A stretch of 64,000 bases of DNA from Halobacteriaceae archaeon (GCA_042216675.1 JBDGTS010000008.1:32001-96000); one strand, 5' to 3'; positions 37,394 through 45,922 are shown, counted from the first letter of the stretch. Notes: generated by a model not told the origin, from the sequence alone. Numbers and translations are program-made.

Positions 37394-38332
37394 ATGTCAA
37401 CAAACGTACTTACGCGCATCGCGAATCCCCGCGAGTCGTATCGGCGCGCCCGGGAGACGGTCCGGGAGCACTGGCTGTCGTATCTCCTGTTCGTCCCGAC
37501 GCTTCTGTTTTTACTCCTCGTCGTCTGGTTCCCGTTCTTCCGGGGCGTCTGGATGAGTTTCCACGTCTGGCCGGCGTTCGGCGAGACGAAGTTTGTCGGA
37601 CTGGAGAACTACGTCTACATCTTCGAGTGGGACACGTTCTGGGTGTCGGTGAAGGCGACGCTCATCTACATGACGATGACCGTCATCCAACTCGCCCTCG
37701 CGCTCGCGGCGACGCTGTCGGTGCGGAAACTCTCCCGCTTCGACGACCTCGCCGACGGCATCTTCCTCATCCCGTACACGATGCCGCCGGTGGTCACGGG
37801 GACCATCTGGCTGTACATCCTCAACCCGAACTACGGGCCGGTGTTCGGGTGGCTCACCGAGTGGGGGGTCCTGTCGAGTCCCATCTACTGGGGCATCAAC
37901 GGCGACTCCGCCATCACCGTCGTCACCCTCGTCGGCGCGTGGACGTTCTGGCAGTTCATGTACCTCATCTTCATCGCCTCGATACAGAGCATCCCGGACG
38001 AACACTACGAGACGGCGCGCGTCTACGGCGCGAACCGCATCCAGCGGTTCACCAACATCACCTTGCCGTACATGAAAAGCGCCATCCTCATCGCCATCAG
38101 CATCCGCATCATCCGCAATCTCGTGAAGGTGTCTCAACCCCTCCAGATGACCCAAGGGGGACCGGGCTACCAGTCGTCCGTGCTCGCGATTCTCCTGTAC
38201 CGCTTCACGCTGACCCAAGGGGACTACGGACTGGCGTTCACCATCGGCGTCATCATGTTCGTGCTCACCATCGGGTTCGCGTTCGTGTTCCTGCGTGAGT
38301 TCAACAAGAGCCGCGGAGGTGCAGGCGAATGA
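37394..38332 (+). CDS. Carbohydrate ABC transporter permease
   Basis: FVGLENY motif; EAA-like loop IPDEHYETARVYGA; TQGGPG. Confidence 0.94.
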   Translation: MSTNVLTRIANPRESYRRARETVREHWLSYLLFVPTLLFLLLVVWFPFFRGVWMSFHVWPAFGETKFVGLENYVYIFEWDTFWVSVKATLIYMTMTVIQLALALAATLSVRKLSRFDDLADGIFLIPYTMPPVVTGTIWLYILNPNYGPVFGWLTEWGVLSSPIYWGINGDSAITVVTLVGAWTFWQFMYLIFIASIQSIPDEHYETARVYGANRIQRFTNITLPYMKSAILIAISIRIIRNLVKVSQPLQMTQGGPGYQSSVLAILLYRFTLTQGDYGLAFTIGVIMFVLTIGFAFVFLREFNKSRGGAGE

Positions 38333-39159
38333 GCACCAGTAGCCGGTCGCTCTCCGACTGGTTCTGGACCCTGTCGAGTTACGGCGTCATCCTGTTCTTG
38401 GTGGCGCTCATCGTGGGTCCGTACCTCATCGTCGTCTCGTCGTCGTTCAAGTCGCCCCAAGCCGTCTTCGGCAGTCTCTACCTCATCCCGCAGGAACCGA
38501 CGCTGACGGCGTGGGAGAACGCCTTCGCGGACCTCAAACGGCCGCTCATCACGAGTTTCATCGTCGGCACGGGCACGGCGGTGCTGTCGCTGCTCATCTC
38601 CATCCCCGGCGCGTACGCCTTCGGCCGGAAGGACTTCCCCGGCAAGGAGGTGGGCTTCTACGTCATCATCGGGTCGCTTCTGTTCCCGTACATCATCCTC
38701 GTCATCCCCATCAGTTCGTGGTGGCTGGAGTACGGCCTCTACAACACCATCCCGGGCCTGTGGATCGCGTATCAGGCGTTCGTGACGCCGTTCGCGCTCT
38801 GGGTCCTGCGGGACTTCTTCGAGGGCCTTCCGGACAACTTAGAGGAGGCCGCACAGATGTACGGCTTGACGCAGTTTCAGGCGTTCGTGCGGGTCATCCT
38901 TCCGCTGGCCGGCCCGGCCATCATCGCCGTCGGGTTCCTCTCCTTTCTCTCGGGGTGGAACGACTTCCTGTTCTCGAACATCCTGACGAACAACCTCGGC
39001 CCCACCACGGCGCCGGTGGCCCTGTACAAGACGGTCCACTCCGGGGAGCAGATTCTCTGGAGTCGGATGATGGCTGCCACCATCATCATGGGGACGCCGC
39101 CGCTGGTGCTGTATCTGGTGGCGCGTCGGTACATCGGGAACGCGTTCGCGATGTCCTGA
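38329..39159 (+). CDS. Carbohydrate ABC transporter permease
   Basis: LEEAAQMYG EAA loop and WNDFLF motif. Confidence 0.94.
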   Translation: MSTSSRSLSDWFWTLSSYGVILFLVALIVGPYLIVVSSSFKSPQAVFGSLYLIPQEPTLTAWENAFADLKRPLITSFIVGTGTAVLSLLISIPGAYAFGRKDFPGKEVGFYVIIGSLLFPYIILVIPISSWWLEYGLYNTIPGLWIAYQAFVTPFALWVLRDFFEGLPDNLEEAAQMYGLTQFQAFVRVILPLAGPAIIAVGFLSFLSGWNDFLFSNILTNNLGPTTAPVALYKTVHSGEQILWSRMMAATIIMGTPPLVLYLVARRYIGNAFAMS

Positions 39160-39216
39160 CGCGTCCTGTCAGTTCTTCGCGAAAGCCGTTATGTCCATCC
39201 GTGCCCACCGGTACCC

Positions 39217-40146
39217 ATGACCGCTGCGGGACTCCGGGACGCCATCACCGGCATCGTGACGCCGTTCGACGACGACCTGAACGTGGACCACGCCGCCCTC
39301 GCCGCGAACGTCCGGGCGCTGTCGGGTCGCGGGGTGGACTCGTTTTTCGTCTGCTCGAACGTGAGCGAGTATCACTCGCTCTCGCCCGACGAACGCGTCG
39401 CGGTGACGGAGACGAGCATCGACGCACTTCCCGACGACGCGACGACGCTCGCGGGCGCCGGCGGATCCACGGCGGCCGCAATCGACTTCGCGACGACGGC
39501 CGAATCGCTCGGTGCCGACTACGTGATGGTGATGCCGCCCCACCACACGTACCGCCACGAGGGCGGCTTGCTCGACTACTACCGGAGAATCGGGGCCGCG
39601 GTGGACGTACCGCTGGTCCCGTATCTCCGCGGCTTCCGGCCGGACGCGTCGTTCGTCGCCGACCTCTCGCGTCTCGACTGCGTCGCCGGCATCAAGTGGA
39701 CGATTCCGGACGTGCCTCTGTTCGCCGAGGCCGTGGAGAAGGGCGGCGACGTGGTGTGGATAAACGGCCTCGGCGAACTCCACGCCGTCTCGCTCTACGC
39801 CGAGGGCGCGCGAGGGATGGCGACGGGCGTCGGGAACGTCTGGCCCGCCGTCGGACGCGCACTGTACGACGCCCTCGAGTGTGGCGACTTCGAGCGCGCC
39901 CGCGAGATTCGGGACGCGGTGGCGCCGTTCATGCGCTTCCGGCACGAGGCCGGGGAGGGCAACTCGCTCGGGCACGCCAACAGCATTCCCGCGCTGAAGG
40001 TGGCCCTCGAACGCGCGGGCCTCGCCGGCGGCCCGGTTCGGGAACCCCTCGTCGACCTCTCGGCGGCGGGCCGGGCGCGCGCCGAGAGTCTCTCCGACGA
40101 CGTGGCGGCCTTCGTCGACGCTGAACTGTCAGCCGACCCCCGATAA
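39217..40146 (+). CDS. DHDPS/NAL family lyase (keto-deoxy sugar acid aldolase or dehydratase)
   Basis: IVTPF, EYHSLSPDER, VMPP, catalytic Tyr (VPYLR) and Schiff-base Lys (GIKWT). Confidence 0.88.
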   Translation: MTAAGLRDAITGIVTPFDDDLNVDHAALAANVRALSGRGVDSFFVCSNVSEYHSLSPDERVAVTETSIDALPDDATTLAGAGGSTAAAIDFATTAESLGADYVMVMPPHHTYRHEGGLLDYYRRIGAAVDVPLVPYLRGFRPDASFVADLSRLDCVAGIKWTIPDVPLFAEAVEKGGDVVWINGLGELHAVSLYAEGARGMATGVGNVWPAVGRALYDALECGDFERAREIRDAVAPFMRFRHEAGEGNSLGHANSIPALKVALERAGLAGGPVREPLVDLSAAGRARAESLSDDVAAFVDAELSADPR

Positions 40147-40184
40147 CCCTCAACGCTTTTCGGCCCGGCTATGCATGGGAACAC

Positions 40185-40634
40185 ATGGCACTCGAAACGG
40201 TGTTGCTCGCGCTGAGCGAGAGCGACCGGGACCGCCTCGACCCCCTCCTCGAAACAGTCGTCGACGTCGCGGCCCCGGCGGACGCCGCGGTCGTCCTCAC
40301 ACACGTGTACACCCAGTCGGAGTTCGACGAGGTGGCGGCGAACCTCAATCTCGAGGGCGGCGGGGAACCGACGGCGGTGCAGGCGGCGCGCCGCGAGGCC
40401 GTCGTCCGAGACGTGAGCGAACGGCTGGACGACGCGGGCCTCTCGTACCGGGTCGAGTCCCAAATCGGCGACCACGGCGAGGCCATCGTCGACATCGCGA
40501 CACGGGAGGGGGTGGACCTCGTCGTCGTCAGCGGGCGGTCCCGCTCGCCCACCGGGAAGGCGGTGTTCGGGTCGACGGCACAGCGGGTGTTGCTGTCTTC
40601 GCCCGCGCCGGTCACCTTCGTCCGCGGCGACTGA
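40185..40634 (+). CDS. Universal stress protein
   Basis: DLVVVSGRSRSPTGKAVFGSTAQRVLLSSPAPV motif. Confidence 0.93.
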   Translation: MALETVLLALSESDRDRLDPLLETVVDVAAPADAAVVLTHVYTQSEFDEVAANLNLEGGGEPTAVQAARREAVVRDVSERLDDAGLSYRVESQIGDHGEAIVDIATREGVDLVVVSGRSRSPTGKAVFGSTAQRVLLSSPAPVTFVRGD

Positions 40635-40675
40635 GACGGCACACGATTTATAGCCGCGCACGGCGAATCGCCCAC

Positions 40676-40903
40676 ATGGAGGACTTCGAGCAACTCGTTT
40701 CGTCGCTCACCCCCCGCGAGGACACCGACTCCGTCAGCGTCTACCAGAACACCGTCGCCATCGCCTGTCCCGCCTGCGAGGAGCCGTTCGACGACATGAT
40801 CGTCTGCCGCGACGAGTACAACGAACTCGACTTGAGCGTCGCCCTCGACCTCTGCACGACTGTCCACGACGGCGACGTGGTGTTGTTCACGCACAAGCCC
40901 TGA
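40676..40903 (+). CDS. Small CPxC-motif protein (75 aa)
   Basis: MEDFEQLVSSL...CPACEEPFD...; acidic; TTTATA about 28 nt upstream. Confidence 0.75.
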   Translation: MEDFEQLVSSLTPREDTDSVSVYQNTVAIACPACEEPFDDMIVCRDEYNELDLSVALDLCTTVHDGDVVLFTHKP

Positions 40904-40942
40904 ACCGCGGGATTAAAGCCCGACCGTCGCCTTCCCCGTTCC

Positions 40943-41683
40943 GTGCGCGTCGAGAACAGTTTCATCGGTGTCGACGGCGTCGGCGAAGGGACCGAGCGGA
41001 CGCTCTGGGACCACGGCGTCAGACACTGGGACGACTTCGACCGCTCGGTGCCCGGCGTCGGCGACACCCGCGCCCGACGCATCGAGGCGTTCATCGAGGC
41101 GGGCCGGGAGGCCGTCGACGCGGGCGACGCCGCCTTCTTCGGCCGGCGCTTCCCCGACGACGCCCTCTGGCGCCTCCACGGCACCTTCGGCGACGACGCC
41201 TGCTTCCTCGACATCGAGACGACGGGTCTCGACCACTACGCCAACGACGTGACAACCGTCTCGCTCCACCGGGCCGGCGAGACGACGACGCTCGTGCAGG
41301 GCCGTGACCTCTCGGCCGCGGCGCTCCGGGCGGAACTCGACCCCGCGTCGTTTCTCGTCACGTTCAACGGCCGCCGCTTCGACGTGCCGTTCCTCGAAGC
41401 CGATCTCGACGTGGACGTGACCCTTCCCCACGTCGACCTCATGTACCCGTGTCGCCGCCTCGGCCTCACGGGCGGGCTGAAGGCCATCGAGCGCGAGATC
41501 GGCATCGACCGGGACGTGCCGGACCTCTCGGGCGAGGACGCGGTGCGCCTCTGGCGCGAGTACGAACGCGGCGACGACGACGCACTCGACACGCTCGTCG
41601 AGTACAACCGCGCGGACACGGTCAACCTCGCGACGCTTCTGGACCGCGTCGTCGCCGACCTGCGCGCCGACGTGTTCGAGTAG
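40943..41683 (+). CDS. RNase H-like 3'-5' exonuclease (YprB-like)
   Basis: FLDIETTGL, TFNGRRFDVPFL, GGLKAIE and YNRADT (DEDDy) motifs. Confidence 0.9.
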   Translation: MRVENSFIGVDGVGEGTERTLWDHGVRHWDDFDRSVPGVGDTRARRIEAFIEAGREAVDAGDAAFFGRRFPDDALWRLHGTFGDDACFLDIETTGLDHYANDVTTVSLHRAGETTTLVQGRDLSAAALRAELDPASFLVTFNGRRFDVPFLEADLDVDVTLPHVDLMYPCRRLGLTGGLKAIEREIGIDRDVPDLSGEDAVRLWREYERGDDDALDTLVEYNRADTVNLATLLDRVVADLRADVFE

Positions 41684-42025
41684 TCACTCCTCGGTCGCCC
41701 ACACGTCTGTCAGCCGGTACTCCTCGTGGTAGTGCGAGCCGTTGCCCTTGAGCGTCCGCCCGGCGGCGTACAGCACGTCGTCCAGCCACCCGAAGGCGAT
41801 GAGCGGCCCCATGCTCCGGGGGACGGCGGAACTCCGCCAGATGCTGTCGTCGCTGATGGAGAGGTCGAGGTAGAAGTCGACGCCGCAGTCGGAACAGACC
41901 GCTTCCGCAGTCACTTCCGGGAGGGGGACGCCGTCAGCGTGGAAGTCGCCACGGGGGTCCGCGAGTCGCCACTCGCCGGACCCACAGACGGGACAGCCGG
42001 GACCGAGGTCCGTCCGGGACTTCAT
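41684..42025 (-). CDS. Small CPxCG zinc-finger-like protein (113 aa)
   Basis: C-terminal part of a long shadow ORF, read from its own ATG at 42025: MKSRTDLGPGCPVCG...CSDCG. It fills the gap between two + strand genes. Confidence 0.6.
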   Translation of the reverse strand: MKSRTDLGPGCPVCGSGEWRLADPRGDFHADGVPLPEVTAEAVCSDCGVDFYLDLSISDDSIWRSSAVPRSMGPLIAFGWLDDVLYAAGRTLKGNGSHYHEEYRLTDVWATEE

Positions 42026-42106
42026 GTCGGCCCCCTCTCGGCGAACTGACTTATCTTCTCCGGGCGCTGTCGATACCCCTATCCGCCGCCGGCCCGACCC
42101 ACCGGT

Positions 42107-44479
42107 ATGACCGGGTGGCGCGACGTCTTCGGGCACGAGCGACCCTACGACGACCAGGTCGACGGCATCGAAACGGCCGTCGACACCGCCCGCGATGGCG
42201 GTTTCACCGTCGTCGAGGGCGCCTGCGGTACGGGCAAGACGATGCTGGCGCTCACCGCCGGCATCTCGCTCGTGCGCGACCCCGACACCCGATTCGAACG
42301 CGTGCTGGTCCTGACGAGCGTCAAACAGCAGCTCCGCCAGTTCGAGGCCGACCTCGCCACCATCAACGAGAACCGCCCCGACGACTGGGACCCCGTGTCG
42401 GGGCTGACCCTCGTCGGGAAGGGCGACCTCTGCCTGTACAACCGCGAGGGCGCGGGCGGCGTCACCGACGACAACGTGTACGAGCGCTGTGACTCGCTTC
42501 GGGACCGCACTCGCACGCTCACCGGCGACGGCGGCGCGACGACGGCCGCGGCCCTCGCGTCCGACGCCCGCCGCCAACAGGTCGGTCTCCAGTCCGACGC
42601 CGCTTACCTCGAAACCGCCGACGAACCGTCGCCGTACCCGCCGGGGATGCCCGAGTACGAGGACACGGAGTTCTGCCCGTTCTACGCGCAGTATCTCGAC
42701 GACGTGCCGGAGGACGGCGACCCGCGCGAGGCCGTCCCCATCGACCTCTCGTCGGCCGGACACCTCGACGCCGAGGCGCTGGTCGCGCGGTCCGTCGAAC
42801 ACGGCACTTGCCCACACTCCGTGATGGGCGCCGCGCTGGGGAGCGTCGAGGTCGTCGTCGGCAACTACTACCACGCGTTCGACCCGCGCACGACGTCGAC
42901 GATGACCGGCGCACTGCTCGACGACTCCACCTTCGTCGTCTGCGACGAGGCGCACATGCTCGAACCGCGGGTCAGGGACCTCGTGAGCGAGGGCGTCGGC
43001 GACCGAACCCTGCGGGACGCCGTCGCGGAACTCACCCGCGTCGTGCAGGCCGCGCGGGCCGCCGGCGAGGTGACCGGCCCCGCCGACCCCGCCATCGTGC
43101 GCGGCGAACTCGCGGACGCCGACCTCTCTGCAGACGACTTCGCCCGGACCCGCGAGTTCATGCGTGACCTCCGCGAGGAACTCGACCGGCGGGTGACGGC
43201 GCACCTCGATAGCGAACACGACGGCTGGCGCGGCAATCTCCGAAACCTTCCGGACGGCGAGATTCCGCTCCGAGACCCCGAGACGCCCGAACCCGACGAA
43301 CTCACCGAGTGGGCGGACGAGGCGGGGTATGCGGACGAGTGGGCGCGCGCCGAGGCCGTCGGTGCGATGGCCGCGCACGTCCTCGACGCCGCGGAGGACG
43401 AGGAGCGACAGCGTGCCTGCCTCGCCGCCGGCCGCGCCCTCGCGGCGTGGGGCCGCAACGACCACGAGCGCTACTTCCGGGAAATCAGTCTCGAACGGAC
43501 GTGGGACACCACCGAACCCGACGGCGCGTGGCGCCGCGCGTACAACGCCCGCCTCGACCTGCAGAACTGTCTCCCCGGCGACGCCATCGGCGAGCGAATC
43601 GCCGAGTTCGGCGGTGGGGTGCTGATGAGCGCGTCCCTCGCGCCCCTCGACGTGTTCGAGTCCGTGACGGGCCTCGACGACTTGCCCGAGGACCGCCCGG
43701 TCGCTGAGCGCCGCTACGGGCTCTCGTTCCCCGCCGAGAACCGGGCGAGTTTCGCCGTCGACGCGCCGAAGTTCACCTACGACAACCGCGGTGCGCCGGG
43801 CGAGTCGAATCGTACCCGGCGCACCTACGCCGACGCCGTGCGCGAGGTGGCGCGGAGCCCCGGCAACGTCCTCGTCGGGATGCCGAGTTACCGCGAGGCC
43901 GAGTGGATGGCGGGCGAACTCGACGGCGCCGTCGCGAAGCCGGTGCTGTTGGACGAGGCCAGCGACGACGGCGCGACGGAGCAACTGAAGGAGTCCTTCT
44001 TCGCCGGCGAGGCCAAGGTGCTGGTCACCAGCCTCCGCGGGACGCTCACCGAGGGCGTCGACTACCGCGGGGATCGTCTCGGCGCGGCGGTGGTCTGTGG
44101 CGTCCCGCTCATCAACACCGCCAGCCCACGGACGCGCGCGCTCCGCACTGCCTACGACGACGCGTTCGGCGACGGTCCCGCGAGCGGAGCGAGCGGGAGC
44201 CAGCGGGGCGGCACGTCCCGCAGCGGGTTCGAGACGGCGCTGACGGTGCCCGCCGTGCGCAAGGCCAGACAGGCGCTCGGGCGCGTCATCCGCGGTCCCG
44301 AGGAGGTGGGCGTCCGCGTCCTCGTGGACGGCCGCTACGCTCGCGATGGGTGGGACAGCGTGCGCGAGTTCCTCCCGCCGGAGGAACGAGAGGAGTACCG
44401 CACCGTCAGCCCGGACATGCTCGGACTGGGGCTGGACCGCTTCTGGGAGCGCCACGGTGAGACGCGCGAGAAACCGTAA
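42107..44479 (+). CDS. Rad3/XPD/DinG family Fe-S DNA helicase
   Basis: EGACGTGKT; Fe-S cysteines (LC...RC...CPFY...CPH); DEAH, MSAS, EGVDY and QALGRVIRG motifs. Confidence 0.94.
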   Translation: MTGWRDVFGHERPYDDQVDGIETAVDTARDGGFTVVEGACGTGKTMLALTAGISLVRDPDTRFERVLVLTSVKQQLRQFEADLATINENRPDDWDPVSGLTLVGKGDLCLYNREGAGGVTDDNVYERCDSLRDRTRTLTGDGGATTAAALASDARRQQVGLQSDAAYLETADEPSPYPPGMPEYEDTEFCPFYAQYLDDVPEDGDPREAVPIDLSSAGHLDAEALVARSVEHGTCPHSVMGAALGSVEVVVGNYYHAFDPRTTSTMTGALLDDSTFVVCDEAHMLEPRVRDLVSEGVGDRTLRDAVAELTRVVQAARAAGEVTGPADPAIVRGELADADLSADDFARTREFMRDLREELDRRVTAHLDSEHDGWRGNLRNLPDGEIPLRDPETPEPDELTEWADEAGYADEWARAEAVGAMAAHVLDAAEDEERQRACLAAGRALAAWGRNDHERYFREISLERTWDTTEPDGAWRRAYNARLDLQNCLPGDAIGERIAEFGGGVLMSASLAPLDVFESVTGLDDLPEDRPVAERRYGLSFPAENRASFAVDAPKFTYDNRGAPGESNRTRRTYADAVREVARSPGNVLVGMPSYREAEWMAGELDGAVAKPVLLDEASDDGATEQLKESFFAGEAKVLVTSLRGTLTEGVDYRGDRLGAAVVCGVPLINTASPRTRALRTAYDDAFGDGPASGASGSQRGGTSRSGFETALTVPAVRKARQALGRVIRGPEEVGVRVLVDGRYARDGWDSVREFLPPEEREEYRTVSPDMLGLGLDRFWERHGETREKP
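44176..44227. repeat. Double-hairpin palindromic element in frame within the helicase gene
   Basis: TCCCGC-GAGCGGAGCGA-GCGGGA followed by GCGGGGCG-GCA-CGTCCCGC; encodes the low-complexity peptide PASGASGSQRGGTSRSG. Confidence 0.7.
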
Positions 44480-44511
44480 ACGAAAACCCCCTTCCCTGTG
44501 TCGGGTGGAGT

Positions 44512-44679
44512 ATGGAATTCCGCACTCGCGTGGCCCTCGGCGCGGTGACGGCCGTCGCGGCCGTCGTCGCCGGGTTCGTCACGCTCGGTCCCGCGCCTCG
44601 CCTCGCCCTGTTCCTGACCCTGATCGTGTTGGCCTACGCGTACGGGCCGACGGTCTGGAACGGCGTCCCGTCTAACTGA
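44512..44679 (+). CDS. Small membrane protein (55 aa, below the ORF-track cutoff)
   Basis: MEFRTRVALGAVTAVAAVVAGFVTLGPAPRLALFLTLIVLAYAYGPTVWNGVPSN; two hydrophobic segments; GGAG immediately upstream. Confidence 0.6.
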   Translation: MEFRTRVALGAVTAVAAVVAGFVTLGPAPRLALFLTLIVLAYAYGPTVWNGVPSN

Positions 44680-44887
44680 CTCGCTGGACGCGGTAGTAGT
44701 CGGTGAACTTCACGAGGTCGTAGTCCGCGAGCGACGCCTCCGCGGCGTCGGCGACGTCCGCGGCGCCGTCCGCCGCCGCCAGCGCCGGCAGTTCCTCTTT
44801 CGCTTTCTCGCCGAGTTCGTCGTAGTGTCCGACTCGCGCGCTTTCAGGTACAGATTCGACCGTTCGGAGTTCGACTTTCGCGACCAT
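44672..44887 (-). CDS. Small hypothetical protein
   Basis: Acidic 71-aa ORF MVAKVELRTVESVP...VKFTDYYRV; AT-rich promoter-like region upstream. Confidence 0.7.
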   Translation of the reverse strand: MVAKVELRTVESVPESARVGHYDELGEKAKEELPALAAADGAADVADAAEASLADYDLVKFTDYYRVQRVS

Positions 44888-45107
44888 GTTATGCAATCAC
44901 TTGCCTCTACGTATGGAGTCGAACCATTTCAACCTTTTCTGGGGAAATAATTCGTGAACGTCATCCCGAACGGGGATATTTGCCGGGAAAATAGGCGTAT
45001 GTACACCTCCTGAGCCCTTCCCGACATTCGGTATCGATTGGCACTAGCGGCCGTGGCGCACCCTCTGCACGGCGATTTGGTGTCCCGAGTCGGCTCTTTG
45101 CGCCCGC

Positions 45108-45317
45108 TCGCCGTCCGGCTTTTCGACCCCTCTCTCCGGTCTCATCAGAACGCAGAGCGTTCTGGTTGGCTCACGAGACGCTCTGCGTCTCGCGAACGTC
45201 GCCAGAAAGGTCCGGGTGCGAGAATCGAACCCGATGGCGAGACTCGCGTCGCTCGTCTCGCGTGGTTCGATTTCGCTGTCCGGCTTTTCCACTCCTCCCG
45301 CTGGTCGTCGTGAAAAA
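45108..45317. repeat. tRNA-His 3'-end repeat with fold-back unit and twin hairpins
   Basis: Exact 24-bp duplicate GTCCGGGTGCGAGAATCGAACCCG at 45210-45233 versus 45318-45341. An inverted copy lies at 45264-45283, and hairpins lie at 45146-45164, 45174-45192 and 45237-45261. Confidence 0.9.
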
Positions 45318-45390
45318 GTCCGGGTGCGAGAATCGAACCCGCGTCCCAGCCTCCACAAGGCTGGAGGATAACCACTACCCCAACCCGGAC
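45318..45390 (-). tRNA. tRNA-His(GTG) with genome-encoded G-1
   Basis: G-TCCGGGT...ACCCGGA-C acceptor; anticodon arm CAGCC-TTGTGGA-GGCTG; T-loop GGTTCGATTC. Confidence 0.97.
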
Positions 45391-45469
45391 ACGCACCCGT
45401 CGCTTAGCCGGTTGACGGTAAAACGGTTACGTTACGCTTTTGCGCCGGGGTCGCCTAAGACCGGGCAAC

Positions 45470-45922
45470 GTGGCGATTACGGACAAAATCTACGTGAAGA
45501 ACCACCGGCAGTTGAGCGCGCAACTCGACACCAACATCCCCCGGAGCGCGTTCAGCGGCGCGACCCTCGACATGCTGTTTCAGGGCGAGAACCTCGCCAC
45601 CCTCGACAGCGCCACCCGGGACCGCGTGCTCGACTTCGCGGAGGACTTCCTCGATTGCGACTGCGACGCGAACCCCTACTGCGGCCACCCCGAGGAGAAG
45701 TTCATCCGCTACCTGCTGGAACTCCGCGCGCAAGGCCTCGACCCCGAGGCGATGGTCGACGTGATGACGGACGACTACATGGTGTACGCCTACAGCGGGG
45801 ACATCCTCTCCTTCCTCGACGACGCCGTGCGAACGCTCGACGCGGTGGAGTCGCTGGCGTCCGTCGAGGGGCACGACGAGGTGGCCGAGCGTGCGGACCA
45901 GCGCCGGCGCTCGCTCCTCTAG
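45470..45922 (+). CDS. DUF5814-like Cys-rich protein
   Basis: GTG start (M)AITDKIYVKNHRQL; CDCDANPYCGH and YAYSGD motifs. Confidence 0.75.
   Translation: MAITDKIYVKNHRQLSAQLDTNIPRSAFSGATLDMLFQGENLATLDSATRDRVLDFAEDFLDCDCDANPYCGHPEEKFIRYLLELRAQGLDPEAMVDVMTDDYMVYAYSGDILSFLDDAVRTLDAVESLASVEGHDEVAERADQRRRSLL

Noticed and set aside
45390-45390. Extra G-1:C73 pair in tRNA-His
   Set aside because: This is the standard tRNA-His identity element and is not novel.
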